A DNA stretch of 64,000 nucleotides, taken from IMG/VR virus record IMGVR_UViG_3300020477_001105, positions 1 to 64,000 of that record, one strand, 5' to 3'. Of the stretch, positions 18,779 through 29,504 are shown one piece after another. The notes beneath the pieces were generated by a model. That model saw only the letters and a list, made by a program, of their open reading frames with translations. It was not told the origin of the DNA and did no database searches. The stretch comes from a virus. Both the position numbers and the translations under genes were made by a program. Position 1 is the stretch's first letter. Each line of letters begins with the position of its first letter.

Positions 18779-20651
18779 TATTGTCCTCCAGCTGCTTGAC
18801 TCTGTCTGTCAATTCTTTGATAGATTCAATTAGGAGTGGTACCAGTTGATCATACTGTACACCTAGGTATCCATCTATTCTCTCCCTTACAGCTTCAGGG
18901 AGAACTTCTTGTACTTCCTGAGCTATAACACCGGCTTCAGTGTGATCTGGTCCATAAAATTCTTCAGGTTTACCTTCGAGCCATGAATCAGTCCATTTAA
19001 ACGTATAACCACCAATTCTGTTAACTTTATCTAATGCGCCAGTGATTCTGGTAACATCAGTCTTGAGTCTTTCATCAGATGAATAATATGCAATGATATC
19101 AGCTTCACCATATAGAGTACTACTAAAGTATCCTGTACCTGTAACCTTAAATTTATACCCAGCTGAAGCATCATTCCCGATACCGACATTGCCATCACTC
19201 GTAATCCTCATCCTTTCGGTGTTGGCTGTGAACAACGCCATCCAGTTTGATCCAGCATCGCCCTTGATGTACTGGTCGTGGTCGTTACCTAAATAGATGT
19301 ATCCATCGCTAGAATCATCTAGCATCAGCTTACCAGCTACGTGCAATTTCTGGGACGGTGAATCTGTGCCGATGCCGACGTTACCGCTAGAGTCGATGCG
19401 CATCCGCTCAGTGGCACTTGTTCCAAAGTAGATGTCTTTTGCTTCTTGCTGCCAAATAAAGAAGTGGTCGCTAGACAGCCCCAGCCGGGCACCATCCGAT
19501 GCAGTGCCCCCGGTAGTGGAGTCAGTGAATTGGATCTCTGGATTTGTCGAAGAATGCAAATGCAGCAATTGGCTGGGTACGGTAGTGCCAATCCCCACAT
19601 TGCCTGCGTTATTAACTATTACACGTGATGTACCACCGGTGGTGATGTTAATCTTATCACTGCCTGAGCGATATATACCTGTATCTGTGTCATCCGCAAA
19701 TGTAATGCTTGGACTGCCGGCAGCTCCATCGGATGCGAGGAAATCATTGGAGTTGACAGCAGTAGATCTAATTGTACCAGCGACTTCTAGTAAATAACTT
19801 GGGCTAGTAGTCCCTATGCCAACGTTACCCGACTGTGTAATTACAAGCCTTTGGCTCGCTTGCCCTGTTGCGTCAGAGATTCCAAAATTGTCTGAACCAT
19901 CAATGCCAAACCACCAGTTGTCTGCATCGTTTCCAGCTTGGTACTCCATCACACTGTTGGCTGTTGCGTTCTGAGCCTTTATGGCAACAACAGCAGCACC
20001 ATCTTTTCTGATATGAAGAATTTCGGACGGAGTCGAAATCCCGATGCCGACGTACCCGTTGTTATCAATGGTTGCGCGGATTGCTCCAGAAGTCCCAAGC
20101 TGAAGGAATGAGCCTGATGCAGTAGCAGCCATCACCGCTGCGCGAGCCGTAGTGCCTGTGCAAATTGTTCCTCCAGTGTTTCCTTCTACACCATAGACCG
20201 CCTGTGAGGTGGAACTTGATGAGTTTAGTAAAATTGAAAGATGGTCTGTGTCGTTTGGCCCTGTTATTTGTAGTTTTTGGGACGGTGACGAAGTGCCGAT
20301 GCCGACCTTATCTTCGAAGTAATTCCATCCACCAGTAGCGCTCAGCCCACCATATGCACTCAACCCACCACGAACTGAAAGCCGTGCGAGTGATTCATCA
20401 CCAATATCTCCAATACCTACTGAACCTGGACTGTCCGCATTTAAATATACTTGAGATTCGGAACCAATGCCAGCTGATGTCCATGGACTATTAGTATTAA
20501 AGAAGTTACTTAAATCTCCAAGTGTGATTTTAATAGAAGATAAACTATTAGCAGCAGTCCCTAGTGTGGCGTGCATAGCATCGCTGTGGCCGAGATCATA
20601 ATTGACAGGTACACCGGACAGCTCACTAATCTTTACAATATTAAATGACAT
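18771..20651 (-). CDS. tail fibre with GNVGIGT repeats and S74 chaperone
   Basis: KISEL N-terminus, multiple GNVGIGT units, SSDERLK..GVIAQEV..LLIESIKEL. Confidence 0.9.
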   Translation of the reverse strand: MSFNIVKISELSGVPVNYDLGHSDAMHATLGTAANSLSSIKITLGDLSNFFNTNSPWTSAGIGSESQVYLNADSPGSVGIGDIGDESLARLSVRGGLSAYGGLSATGGWNYFEDKVGIGTSSPSQKLQITGPNDTDHLSILLNSSSSTSQAVYGVEGNTGGTICTGTTARAAVMAATASGSFLQLGTSGAIRATIDNNGYVGIGISTPSEILHIRKDGAAVVAIKAQNATANSVMEYQAGNDADNWWFGIDGSDNFGISDATGQASQRLVITQSGNVGIGTTSPSYLLEVAGTIRSTAVNSNDFLASDGAAGSPSITFADDTDTGIYRSGSDKINITTGGTSRVIVNNAGNVGIGTTVPSQLLHLHSSTNPEIQFTDSTTGGTASDGARLGLSSDHFFIWQQEAKDIYFGTSATERMRIDSSGNVGIGTDSPSQKLHVAGKLMLDDSSDGYIYLGNDHDQYIKGDAGSNWMALFTANTERMRITSDGNVGIGNDASAGYKFKVTGTGYFSSTLYGEADIIAYYSSDERLKTDVTRITGALDKVNRIGGYTFKWTDSWLEGKPEEFYGPDHTEAGVIAQEVQEVLPEAVRERIDGYLGVQYDQLVPLLIESIKELTDRVKQLEDNNG

Positions 20652-20654
20652 AAA

Positions 20655-23138
20655 TTATCGTTTCCTTTTTAAATCTTCCAATTCACTCTTTATATTATCA
20701 TTATCTTCCTTAAGCTCTTTAATAGACTCGATTAACAGAGGTATTAATTGCTCATACTTAACAGCCAAGTGACCGTCGCTTCTCTCCTTAACTGCTTCAG
20801 GTAGAACTTCTTGTACCTCCTGCGCTATTACGCCAGCCTCTACTTCGTTATAACTCTCTATTGGTCTATGTAAGTCAGTATTCCACTTGAAGGTGTAGCC
20901 GCTAAGCTTCGTTACCTTATCCAATGCACCACCAATCTTAGTAATATCGTGCTTTAATCTTTCATCTGATGATGAGTATGCAACTATATCGTTTGGTGAA
21001 TGGAAAGCGCCACTATAATGAATATAGCACTCATTAGTAATTCCTGTTGCGTAAGCATTAGAAACACCTAGGTGCATATATGTACCACTACCAGTTTCTT
21101 GTAGGAATATACCAGCTTTAGGTTTATCAGAATTAGCATCATCTGTATTCCAGAATACACCTGGGGTATAAGCATCTGCTGTATAATCTGTACTAATTAA
21201 TATACCAGCTTTATCGACTGCTTGTGTGAAATGCGTCTTAGTAGCAGACTCATCTTGTCGCACAGAGAGTACTGCATCCGGTGCGGTAGTGCCGATGCCG
21301 ACTTTGCCATCATCCAGTATTCGCATTCTCTCAACCGCGTTAGAAGTAGTTTTAGGTATAGTCCAGAAAGTGAGATCAGTACCAGCTGCGCTACCTACCG
21401 TCCAGTCCTCAGCAGCATAAGCAGCTATTACCGCACCATGATCCCAATTAGAACCGCTATCCTCACTGCCTCCAAAATAGATAGCCCCAATATTCTGTGT
21501 ATCTGTAATAGTTGAATCCAGCACTGATATACCTATTGCAGGAGTTGCATCCGCAGCCACATGTAAAGCTCTGAGGGGGCTACTCGTCCCGATACCTACG
21601 TTACCGTTTTCGAGGATGGACATTGCAACACTATTATTAGTCGCTATTCTCAAATGTTCATCAGCATCTGCTTGGAAGTAAACTTTATTGGACCCAGCAT
21701 TGTCAAAATACAATGTTCCAGTGCCTCCTGTTGACTTATTAATAGTGATTGCTTCGTTACCTGTACCGTCACCAACCTCTAATTCTGTACCTGGTGTAAT
21801 CGTCCCGATGCCTACGTTACCTTCGATGCCGACATTACCTTGGAAGAAATTATCTCCTGTACTACATGCACTTAATGCACCACTAGCACTTATGTTACCA
21901 ACTACGGTGAGTGCTTCCTTTGGAGTTGTTGTTCCGATGCCTACGTTACCGTTGTCATCAAAAGTAATTTTATTTGCATCACTTGAATTACGAAACGTTA
22001 AACCCAACTGATCATTTGCGTGAATTTTATAAATCTGCGCGCTATCAGACCTAAATTGAAGGTTTGGAGTTATGGAACCAGATGTCCCATCTGCATCCAC
22101 AATACGTATAGCACAATCATCTGCACTTGTATCTGAATTTCCTCTAACGTGAAGTCTTGCAAGTACAGCCGAACCTGTTCCGATGCCTACTTCACCATGG
22201 AATACACTTTTCCCACATGCACTTAATGCACCACTAGCACTTATGTTACCGACTACGGTGAGTGCATCCTCTGGAGCTGTTGTTCCGATGCCTACGTTAC
22301 CGCTGGATCCATCAATGGCCAGCCTATATACAGTGTTTGTTCGATCATATACACCGAAGCCCTGATTAGATATGCCGTTTGAATTAAATAAGTCCCATGT
22401 TTTGTTGTTTGCGGAAAGCTGTATACCCGCCGATGTACTGGTGCTTGCGAAGTGGCAAACATTTCCTCCCCCTGTACGGGCCACCTCCAGGGTGAAATCC
22501 GGAGTTTCGGTTCCGATACCAACACTACCACCAGTGAATGTAGCACAATTCGCAGCACCACTTTGAGTTACCTTAAGAGCAGGTGCACCACCTGACTTAG
22601 TAGCAGCAGAGACTTCCAGTGCGCTAACTTCACTTACAATAGTGTTTAAGTATGTAGTACCACCTGTTGCGGATAGAGAACCTTCAATAACTGCGTCACC
22701 TTTAACTTTGAACTTCCAGTTATCACCAGCAAAATCTGTAGCACCGATACATACAGAAGATAACGTATAAATCTCAGTTTGAGTACTATGACCACCAGCA
22801 CCACCAGCACCAACTGGTTGCCAGATACCAGATGTAGCGTTAACGCTAGTATACATCGCAGTATTAACACCCCACGTAGCGCTATTTGCTACAGCTGTTG
22901 AATACAAACTCTCAACACCGAGCCAAGTACCTGCAGAAATGGCCGCGCCAACCATAGAGGTTCCACTCATATAATCTGGCTGGTATAAGTGAAGAGCACC
23001 AGATAAGTAGAAATTGCCCATAAATGGATCTGCCTGAGAAGCGATAGGGTCATCGGCGCTATCATAATATCCAGAAGTATTCTTGGTATGATGATTCTTA
23101 CCGTGCCATTTACTATGAAATCTTACATTATCTGACAT
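20655..23138 (-). CDS. tail fibre with GNVGIGT repeats and S74 chaperone
   Basis: Multiple GNVGIGT units and an SSDERLK chaperone. Confidence 0.9.
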   Translation of the reverse strand: MSDNVRFHSKWHGKNHHTKNTSGYYDSADDPIASQADPFMGNFYLSGALHLYQPDYMSGTSMVGAAISAGTWLGVESLYSTAVANSATWGVNTAMYTSVNATSGIWQPVGAGGAGGHSTQTEIYTLSSVCIGATDFAGDNWKFKVKGDAVIEGSLSATGGTTYLNTIVSEVSALEVSAATKSGGAPALKVTQSGAANCATFTGGSVGIGTETPDFTLEVARTGGGNVCHFASTSTSAGIQLSANNKTWDLFNSNGISNQGFGVYDRTNTVYRLAIDGSSGNVGIGTTAPEDALTVVGNISASGALSACGKSVFHGEVGIGTGSAVLARLHVRGNSDTSADDCAIRIVDADGTSGSITPNLQFRSDSAQIYKIHANDQLGLTFRNSSDANKITFDDNGNVGIGTTTPKEALTVVGNISASGALSACSTGDNFFQGNVGIEGNVGIGTITPGTELEVGDGTGNEAITINKSTGGTGTLYFDNAGSNKVYFQADADEHLRIATNNSVAMSILENGNVGIGTSSPLRALHVAADATPAIGISVLDSTITDTQNIGAIYFGGSEDSGSNWDHGAVIAAYAAEDWTVGSAAGTDLTFWTIPKTTSNAVERMRILDDGKVGIGTTAPDAVLSVRQDESATKTHFTQAVDKAGILISTDYTADAYTPGVFWNTDDANSDKPKAGIFLQETGSGTYMHLGVSNAYATGITNECYIHYSGAFHSPNDIVAYSSSDERLKHDITKIGGALDKVTKLSGYTFKWNTDLHRPIESYNEVEAGVIAQEVQEVLPEAVKERSDGHLAVKYEQLIPLLIESIKELKEDNDNIKSELEDLKRKR
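21864..22302. repeat. 88-nt direct repeat (21864-21951 and 22215-22302) inside a fibre gene
   Basis: Two copies with 4 mismatches, 351 nt apart, encoding GNVGIGTT.P..ALTVVGNISASGALSAC. Confidence 0.9.
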
Positions 23139-23158
23139 CTTAAATTATTTATTCCTAA

Positions 23159-25078
23159 TTACTGCAATCTAACTACCTGTGTTGCATATGGGTATTTGTT
23201 TGCAATACGTTCACCGCACATTTTCACTAAACCTTGTTGAATTGTGTATACTTCACCAATACACCTATTAATAGTCTCTGCTAATATAGGCTCATTAATA
23301 CCAATAAAATTGTTTAATGTTGTCTCGTATCCAAACAAATTATCGTCTAAATCAGTAATATACTCAATACCTTTATATTGAACTAAGCCTGCTTCGTTAT
23401 ATTCTCCTACAAACTTAGAGTGAAAGTTGTCTCTCAGTAACAAATGATTATAGATTAATTTATATAGAGATTTATTAAGAACCCATGAAGTGACATATTC
23501 ATCCGGGTGCACATGTACGGCGCTTATTTGATACGTACGAGTCTTGTAGCTATCGTATATACACGACTGATATGTTACAGATTCTTCGAATTTGAACACC
23601 TTCCCGACAGAACTTACTGAAAAATTGCCAGAACTGTTACCACCAACAAAAATGTAATCTTTCGATCTATCACTAGTATTTAAAAGGTTAATAAATTTAA
23701 ATTTCTCTTCAGTTACTGGTATATTTCCATATCCACCAGATAGTGTATATATGTTATTATCTGTTAACCGGAATGACCCTATAGACCTATCCGTCTTTGT
23801 TTTAAATTTCTTAAAGATATTTTTTTCAGTTAAAACATATAACACATTTCCATCATTTCTTGAAAATGCTATACCTGTGAATTTATCAGCTGGTAGCCCC
23901 AATACATCCACAGTTATACTACTTAACGACGGTACGTCAATATAAGGTTTAGCTAAAATATCTACTAACTGCTGTTGTTGTACTAGTTCATTATCATTAT
24001 TATATCTAAATAAAATACCATTCTCTGTTAAGACATACACATCTTCATTATCTTTATCTACTGCTATATCTACGACAGTATCTTGAGCGAAATCAACAGT
24101 CTTGATAACAGTTTTTATCCAGTTTAAATCTTTATCATAAACCTTATAAGCTTTATCTTTTTGATCTAATACATACACTTTATCATGTTTACCGATCGCT
24201 ATACTAACAGGTATATTAAATTTGAGTTTATCATTGACGGAGTCACTTTTACCACCTATGCTGAACATTAGATCTCTACCAATGCCGCTAAGTGCCGGAT
24301 TGTACGCTAATAAGGTATCAACATCAAATTTGAATATATTGACATCATCTAACACAAATAATCTATTTTGAGAATTCATTGCTAGAGATTTGATATTTGT
24401 AAAGGTTAACTGAGTGCTATTTTCTACATATGGAGTATTTAAAATAGTTTGTGGTCCCCATATAAACGTATCATCCTTATCACTCTGTATAGCCATTAAA
24501 TTAGCAGAGTTAGCAATAAAGCCCATATAATAATTCGAGTTTCGTAAATTATCAGCAAATACGCCATCTATCAACCCGTTGGGGTGAAGGAAAGAATCTA
24601 GCGGTGTAGGCCCTTTACCGTAGGATTGATTAGCAATAGCTTCCGCAGATAAATTACTAACTAAATCTGTACCACCTACAAACTCTTTATGGGCGCGCCG
24701 AGAAGAGTCATCGATAGGAGCCTTGAACCACCTCACTTCACGGTGAGGGTCTGATGTTGCAGATGCAGTAGCAAAGTATCCTTTATAATTACCAGATAGG
24801 GGAAAATTATTTGAGGCAATTTTAGTTTGTGCGTTAATATATAAAAAGTTATGATGTAGCTTGTCAAAGCAGGCATTAATATTATCTGCTACACACAGTT
24901 CGTTAGGCTTAATTTTTAGATCATCAAACGTATAAGGTAACTGTAGTGACTCACCTAGATACCTATCGAGCTCAAAATATTTCTCGATATCGATATCTAT
25001 CGCACCACTTAAAGTGGTTGTAACTGACAGATCTGGTAATATATTGCTAGTATTCATACTATATTCCTGATACCGCAC
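23159..25078 (-). CDS. NHL/beta-propeller-containing peripheral baseplate protein
   Basis: FNIPVSIAIGKHDKVYVLD and DIAVDKDNEDVYVL blade-like repeats. Confidence 0.65.
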   Translation of the reverse strand: MRYQEYSMNTSNILPDLSVTTTLSGAIDIDIEKYFELDRYLGESLQLPYTFDDLKIKPNELCVADNINACFDKLHHNFLYINAQTKIASNNFPLSGNYKGYFATASATSDPHREVRWFKAPIDDSSRRAHKEFVGGTDLVSNLSAEAIANQSYGKGPTPLDSFLHPNGLIDGVFADNLRNSNYYMGFIANSANLMAIQSDKDDTFIWGPQTILNTPYVENSTQLTFTNIKSLAMNSQNRLFVLDDVNIFKFDVDTLLAYNPALSGIGRDLMFSIGGKSDSVNDKLKFNIPVSIAIGKHDKVYVLDQKDKAYKVYDKDLNWIKTVIKTVDFAQDTVVDIAVDKDNEDVYVLTENGILFRYNNDNELVQQQQLVDILAKPYIDVPSLSSITVDVLGLPADKFTGIAFSRNDGNVLYVLTEKNIFKKFKTKTDRSIGSFRLTDNNIYTLSGGYGNIPVTEEKFKFINLLNTSDRSKDYIFVGGNSSGNFSVSSVGKVFKFEESVTYQSCIYDSYKTRTYQISAVHVHPDEYVTSWVLNKSLYKLIYNHLLLRDNFHSKFVGEYNEAGLVQYKGIEYITDLDDNLFGYETTLNNFIGINEPILAETINRCIGEVYTIQQGLVKMCGERIANKYPYATQVVRLQ

Positions 25079-28000
25079 TTAAACTCGTACCGTTCCACAT
25101 CATATCATTTAGCTTAGTGTGTACTGGTACAATATCTCCTAATTGTTCTATGATTTTATCTTGTAAGCCTTCCTTAAGCGATGCATCTGTTATTCCTGAG
25201 TTTTTAATATTAATATCATACACTTCACTCTTTCTACCAGGCACTGTATGTTTAAATACGCGCTCAACAGTGTCAATATAATTACGCTGACCAGTAGATA
25301 CGTCCCATACTATATCTCTTATATCAGTATTAGCTAAATAATGAGCTTTGAGATCGAAATACTCTAATGAACTATTGTATAACTTGATGTCTCTAATCTT
25401 TATGTTATTAGCATGGTAGTGTCTAGGTTGCTGTATAAATTCAGATAGGGGTACATTAGAATAGAACGGCGTCGCTCCTACTAATAGTGGTTGTTCGAAC
25501 ATATTTGAATATGAGAATTTACCCCCTGGAATACTAACGCTATCAACTAGCTGAGTGTCAATATACATCTCATAATCACCAAGCTCGGCATTAAATCTTA
25601 CTCCAAAATGGTGCCACCCAGCATTCATGCCTGTTAGATTATATGTTAATGTGAATGCAGAATATGATTGTGTGGTAGTCGTGGTATTATACAGGTTGCT
25701 TACACCTAATTTAGCTTCAATTCGTGGCTTTAAATTGAGCTTATTTTTTCTCAAATAATCGTACCCAGTAATAGTCTTCCAGTTAAATGCTGATATGCTA
25801 TTAACACCAGAATACGTCATGATACTTCCAGGTATATCATTATAGCTCTCGATGTAACCATCAGATGAAATTTTAACAGCGACTGCTTTCCCGGAAACAG
25901 TGCCATTAGTAGTATAGCCAGGTACTACGTTATCACCACCATTAATAATTGTTTGATTTATGACAATAGCGGATGATTTATACCCTGTATTAGTAAATTC
26001 GTCTACAAAATCGATATACCTAACTGTATCAGAACTCAATGGAGGAGAAGAAGTTAACGATACTGTGAATAAAATATTTCGATCATTATCTATCTTTGTA
26101 ACTTTATTAGCACCGGATATAGCACCACCGGCTGTATACGACTCACCATGAAGTACCCATAGGTTATTATCTTTATCACAATTAATACCGTCAATTGTTT
26201 GACCCGATAAGGCACTAAGACCTATTTGCACAGCAGATGTGGTTACATCATAAGTATATACTCTATTATCGTGAACCCACCATGGTCTACTAAAGTTATC
26301 TACTAATGACTCATTTCCACTTAACGCGTCACAAGCTACAACTGTAATAATATCTCCTGATAATGTATTAAACGAATGTATTCTACCAGTTGACGATACT
26401 GATGGACTGTAGTTTGCTAAGCTAGCAGTTCCTGATGTGCCAATATACCCTGATGTTTGCTCTTTAAGATCATATATAAAATACTTACACGTAGTTGCTT
26501 TATCCCATCCAGCGACTGGCTCCATAAGCAAATACAATTTGTCATTACTAATTTCTATGTCTGTAATGTGCCTATTAGGGTAGTTAGTAGTATTAAATGA
26601 TGTTATTTTATTTTGAATTGTACCCTTAGCATCATATTCATATACGTCATGCGCTGTAGTAGCAACCCAGTAATTACCAGTGCCACCGTGCTTTGTTATA
26701 TGTTTAATTTGCTCATTAATAATATGTCGATCGATTCTATTAAAATCGGAATTGTAAACTTCAATATCACCCCCGTTAGGCACTGTTATTATGGGTGTAA
26801 CAGCTGGTTCGTTAAATAGACCAAACCCTCTGTTGAGGTAGTTGCCTAGGAATTGATGTGCAAACGGTTGCTCCCAATTATTGCAATGCATCCAAAAGCT
26901 GAGAGTAAATGAACCTTTGTGCTCTATCTCTTCCGTCACACCATAATTATCACTGTTAAATACTAACACATTATCTACTGGCAGTTTTACATCTACAAAC
27001 GATGCATTCTTATATTGTGATACACCGTCGATCATTAGAGTACCATTTAACTTCTCTATGATCTTTTTGGCATCTTTATTTCCTATGTGTGAATAAGCGT
27101 ATAGTGCTCCTGGTTCAAATACTAAATCACTAATCTTGTCATATACTCGAATATTTTCAGCTGATAGCTTTTTAGTAATCGATACTCTGCTATCAATGTA
27201 TTTAACTATATCAGATTTATCAGCTGTGATAGCCGTTACTGTTGTTTCTATTCCTGGATTATAATAGCGGTCTACCCATACCGGCAAGTTTGAACTATTA
27301 GGTGAACCAGAAAGCCATGCACACAGCCATGTACCGTTAAGCTCGTCTCGTGGATGAGTAGTATTAAAGTTATCTGCTCTTTTCTTAAAAACTTTATCTG
27401 CTTTTATTGGAGAGCTTCCAGGTATACCACCAATTTTTGCTAAAGTAGTGTCGTTAATGTTTATCTGCTTATATGGCCTCATGTCTTGAGGCATATGAAA
27501 ATATGTTAGCTTATCACTAGGTATCACTGTTGCCATAGTATTAGCAACATAATTCATGTATATACTATCACTACCTTGCTCTTGCTTACTTCCAGTGTGT
27601 ATCTTATTATACACTCGCTGTGTTGTTTCACTCTCAGCGCCAGAATAAGGATTGCTACGCGATTGATTACCTTCTACAGTTAACTGATTCTTTAAAGGCA
27701 TCAAATTTATGTCAATGTAATTAGGACCAGAGTGAGGGTAATCCTGTGTTACGATTTTATTAGTCGTCGTATTAAGTAGAAAGTTATTACTTACATTATC
27801 AACTGACCTATTAGAGTCTATATTTAAATGATTATCATCAATACTACTTAGATAGCTAGACCATGTAGATTTTAAATTAAAGACGCTTGGTGTCTTCTTT
27901 ATTGGTCTGATCTTCCATTTACCCATATCTGGTACAGTACTGGAATATGATATCGGCCCTACTGACACATTAACCGAACTTAGTGGATAAAATGCATACG

Positions 28001-28649
28001 ATCTAGCTTGTCGACCGTCAGTCTGAGCATGTTGCTTCATGACGATCAAGCAAGTGCCACTGCTTGATTCGAATAGCGATAATGTATTATTATCTTCATC
28101 TAATACGTATTCGAATATCTGACTATCATCGGCAAAAGCACTAGCAGACACTCTAGGTGTAAATGATAAGATCGTATCTCTTTTTGCAGTTGTGTTGTTT
28201 GCGCTCAGAGTGAGATATTTGAGCAACCTAGTTGAAGGGTCATAATGCCTAATCGCAGTGTATTGATCGTTTAAAATTTCTAACTCGAATATGCTCCTAT
28301 TATCTACAGAAGCCGATACACCGGTAACCTCGGTATAACCAGTAGATGTGTCGACAACTATAAATCTACTATATGCTGTGTTTTCTAACCAAGTTTGCCG
28401 ATATATCGGATAATTGACCTGAGTGGGTTGAATATCTAATATGTTTTCTATAGTTTTTTCATCAGAAAGGTAGAAATTAGTGTCTTTGTTAAACGTTGTA
28501 TCCTGTAGATCAGAGAGAGCATTCGTTAAACTGAGCGTTAAACCGTCATCAGTGTATTCATCAACATGCTTAATATTCACATCTTCATCGAGAAGATATG
28601 CACCGCTAACTGGCTTGGTGTTCCATATGTTGAAATTATAGATATTCAT
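25059..28649 (-). CDS. large virion protein with LamG/ConA-like and propeller-like regions
   Basis: SFTLSFWM...GWHHFGV...MYIDTQLV...IRDIKLYN (split LamG-like signature); DKDNNLWV blades. Confidence 0.65.
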   Translation of the reverse strand: MNIYNFNIWNTKPVSGAYLLDEDVNIKHVDEYTDDGLTLSLTNALSDLQDTTFNKDTNFYLSDEKTIENILDIQPTQVNYPIYRQTWLENTAYSRFIVVDTSTGYTEVTGVSASVDNRSIFELEILNDQYTAIRHYDPSTRLLKYLTLSANNTTAKRDTILSFTPRVSASAFADDSQIFEYVLDEDNNTLSLFESSSGTCLIVMKQHAQTDGRQARSYAFYPLSSVNVSVGPISYSSTVPDMGKWKIRPIKKTPSVFNLKSTWSSYLSSIDDNHLNIDSNRSVDNVSNNFLLNTTTNKIVTQDYPHSGPNYIDINLMPLKNQLTVEGNQSRSNPYSGAESETTQRVYNKIHTGSKQEQGSDSIYMNYVANTMATVIPSDKLTYFHMPQDMRPYKQININDTTLAKIGGIPGSSPIKADKVFKKRADNFNTTHPRDELNGTWLCAWLSGSPNSSNLPVWVDRYYNPGIETTVTAITADKSDIVKYIDSRVSITKKLSAENIRVYDKISDLVFEPGALYAYSHIGNKDAKKIIEKLNGTLMIDGVSQYKNASFVDVKLPVDNVLVFNSDNYGVTEEIEHKGSFTLSFWMHCNNWEQPFAHQFLGNYLNRGFGLFNEPAVTPIITVPNGGDIEVYNSDFNRIDRHIINEQIKHITKHGGTGNYWVATTAHDVYEYDAKGTIQNKITSFNTTNYPNRHITDIEISNDKLYLLMEPVAGWDKATTCKYFIYDLKEQTSGYIGTSGTASLANYSPSVSSTGRIHSFNTLSGDIITVVACDALSGNESLVDNFSRPWWVHDNRVYTYDVTTSAVQIGLSALSGQTIDGINCDKDNNLWVLHGESYTAGGAISGANKVTKIDNDRNILFTVSLTSSPPLSSDTVRYIDFVDEFTNTGYKSSAIVINQTIINGGDNVVPGYTTNGTVSGKAVAVKISSDGYIESYNDIPGSIMTYSGVNSISAFNWKTITGYDYLRKNKLNLKPRIEAKLGVSNLYNTTTTTQSYSAFTLTYNLTGMNAGWHHFGVRFNAELGDYEMYIDTQLVDSVSIPGGKFSYSNMFEQPLLVGATPFYSNVPLSEFIQQPRHYHANNIKIRDIKLYNSSLEYFDLKAHYLANTDIRDIVWDVSTGQRNYIDTVERVFKHTVPGRKSEVYDINIKNSGITDASLKEGLQDKIIEQLGDIVPVHTKLNDMMWNGTSLSAVSGI

Positions 28650-28693
28650 CTACATTATTATTTATGGAAGGGTTAGGTATCAGCACTTATGTA

Positions 28694-29107
28694 TTATTTG
28701 ATACATATAGCCTTAGTAGTACCGCTGCCTCCTAGCTGTGCTCCTGTCTGAGTATACAGATCACCAGTCTTAAGGCCTGTGGTAGAGGTTGGGAGAGTTC
28801 CTAAATTAACACTAAAACCACCACCGGTACATGCGCTCAAACCTTGAGATGCGCTCAAACTAGTTACGAACATCTTCTGACCGCCATCAAAAATAGCACC
28901 TGTCACAGTACCAATTAACGTTTTATTAGCTGCAATGTCAGAAGTATGAGCTGAGAGTACCGTATTAAATGTAACATTGCTCTCAGTTAATACAAAATTA
29001 CTAAAATCAATAATTCTAGTTCCTAAAGGAGTTTCAATTATCAGATAATCTCCAGACGAGATTTCCTCTGCTTTCGGCAATCTGACTATGTTGACGTTGT
29101 CACTCAT
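28694..29107 (-). CDS. small fibre-like virion protein (paralog of 29104..29478)
   Basis: Shared N-terminal I..LP...I..G..LI.ETP.GT.IIDF..FV; C-terminal LPTS..GDLY. Confidence 0.7.
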   Translation of the reverse strand: MSDNVNIVRLPKAEEISSGDYLIIETPLGTRIIDFSNFVLTESNVTFNTVLSAHTSDIAANKTLIGTVTGAIFDGGQKMFVTSLSASQGLSACTGGGFSVNLGTLPTSTTGLKTGDLYTQTGAQLGGSGTTKAICIK

Positions 29108-29478
29108 GCTATATTAGTAATAATTCCATTGTTAATAGTCATTGTTTGGAGACCACTCTTCGTGGATAACTCTACTGTAGTTGTTACACCTGTGCTACCT
29201 TTAGTTTTAATACTTTCTGCGCTCAACGTACTAACATTAACTGTATTAAATTGATAGGGGAACGTTCCGGCGGTTAAGCCTTGAATAACTGTCTTATTAC
29301 TTAAGATGTCTTCTGTATGCGTGCTAAGCAGCGGAGCGAATGTTGTATTGTTGTCTGATATTACGAAGTCGTTAAAGTCAATGATATTAGTACCAGCTGG
29401 AGTTTCTACAATCAGAAAGTACCCTGCTTTAATATCAGTAACCTGTGGTAACGTTGTAATATGTATATTATTTGACAC
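29104..29478 (-). CDS. small fibre-like virion protein
   Basis: Paralogous N-half; C-terminal TINNGIITNI; TAAATA upstream. Confidence 0.7.
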   Translation of the reverse strand: MSNNIHITTLPQVTDIKAGYFLIVETPAGTNIIDFNDFVISDNNTTFAPLLSTHTEDILSNKTVIQGLTAGTFPYQFNTVNVSTLSAESIKTKGSTGVTTTVELSTKSGLQTMTINNGIITNIA

Positions 29479-29504
29479 TTTGTAATACTATTTATGTTAA
29501 AATT

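Noticed and set aside
21864-22302. 88-nt repeat as a DGR template/variable pair or CRISPR
   Set aside because: There are only two in-frame coding copies, one mismatch does not involve adenine on the coding strand, and no reverse transcriptase or cas gene is in the window.
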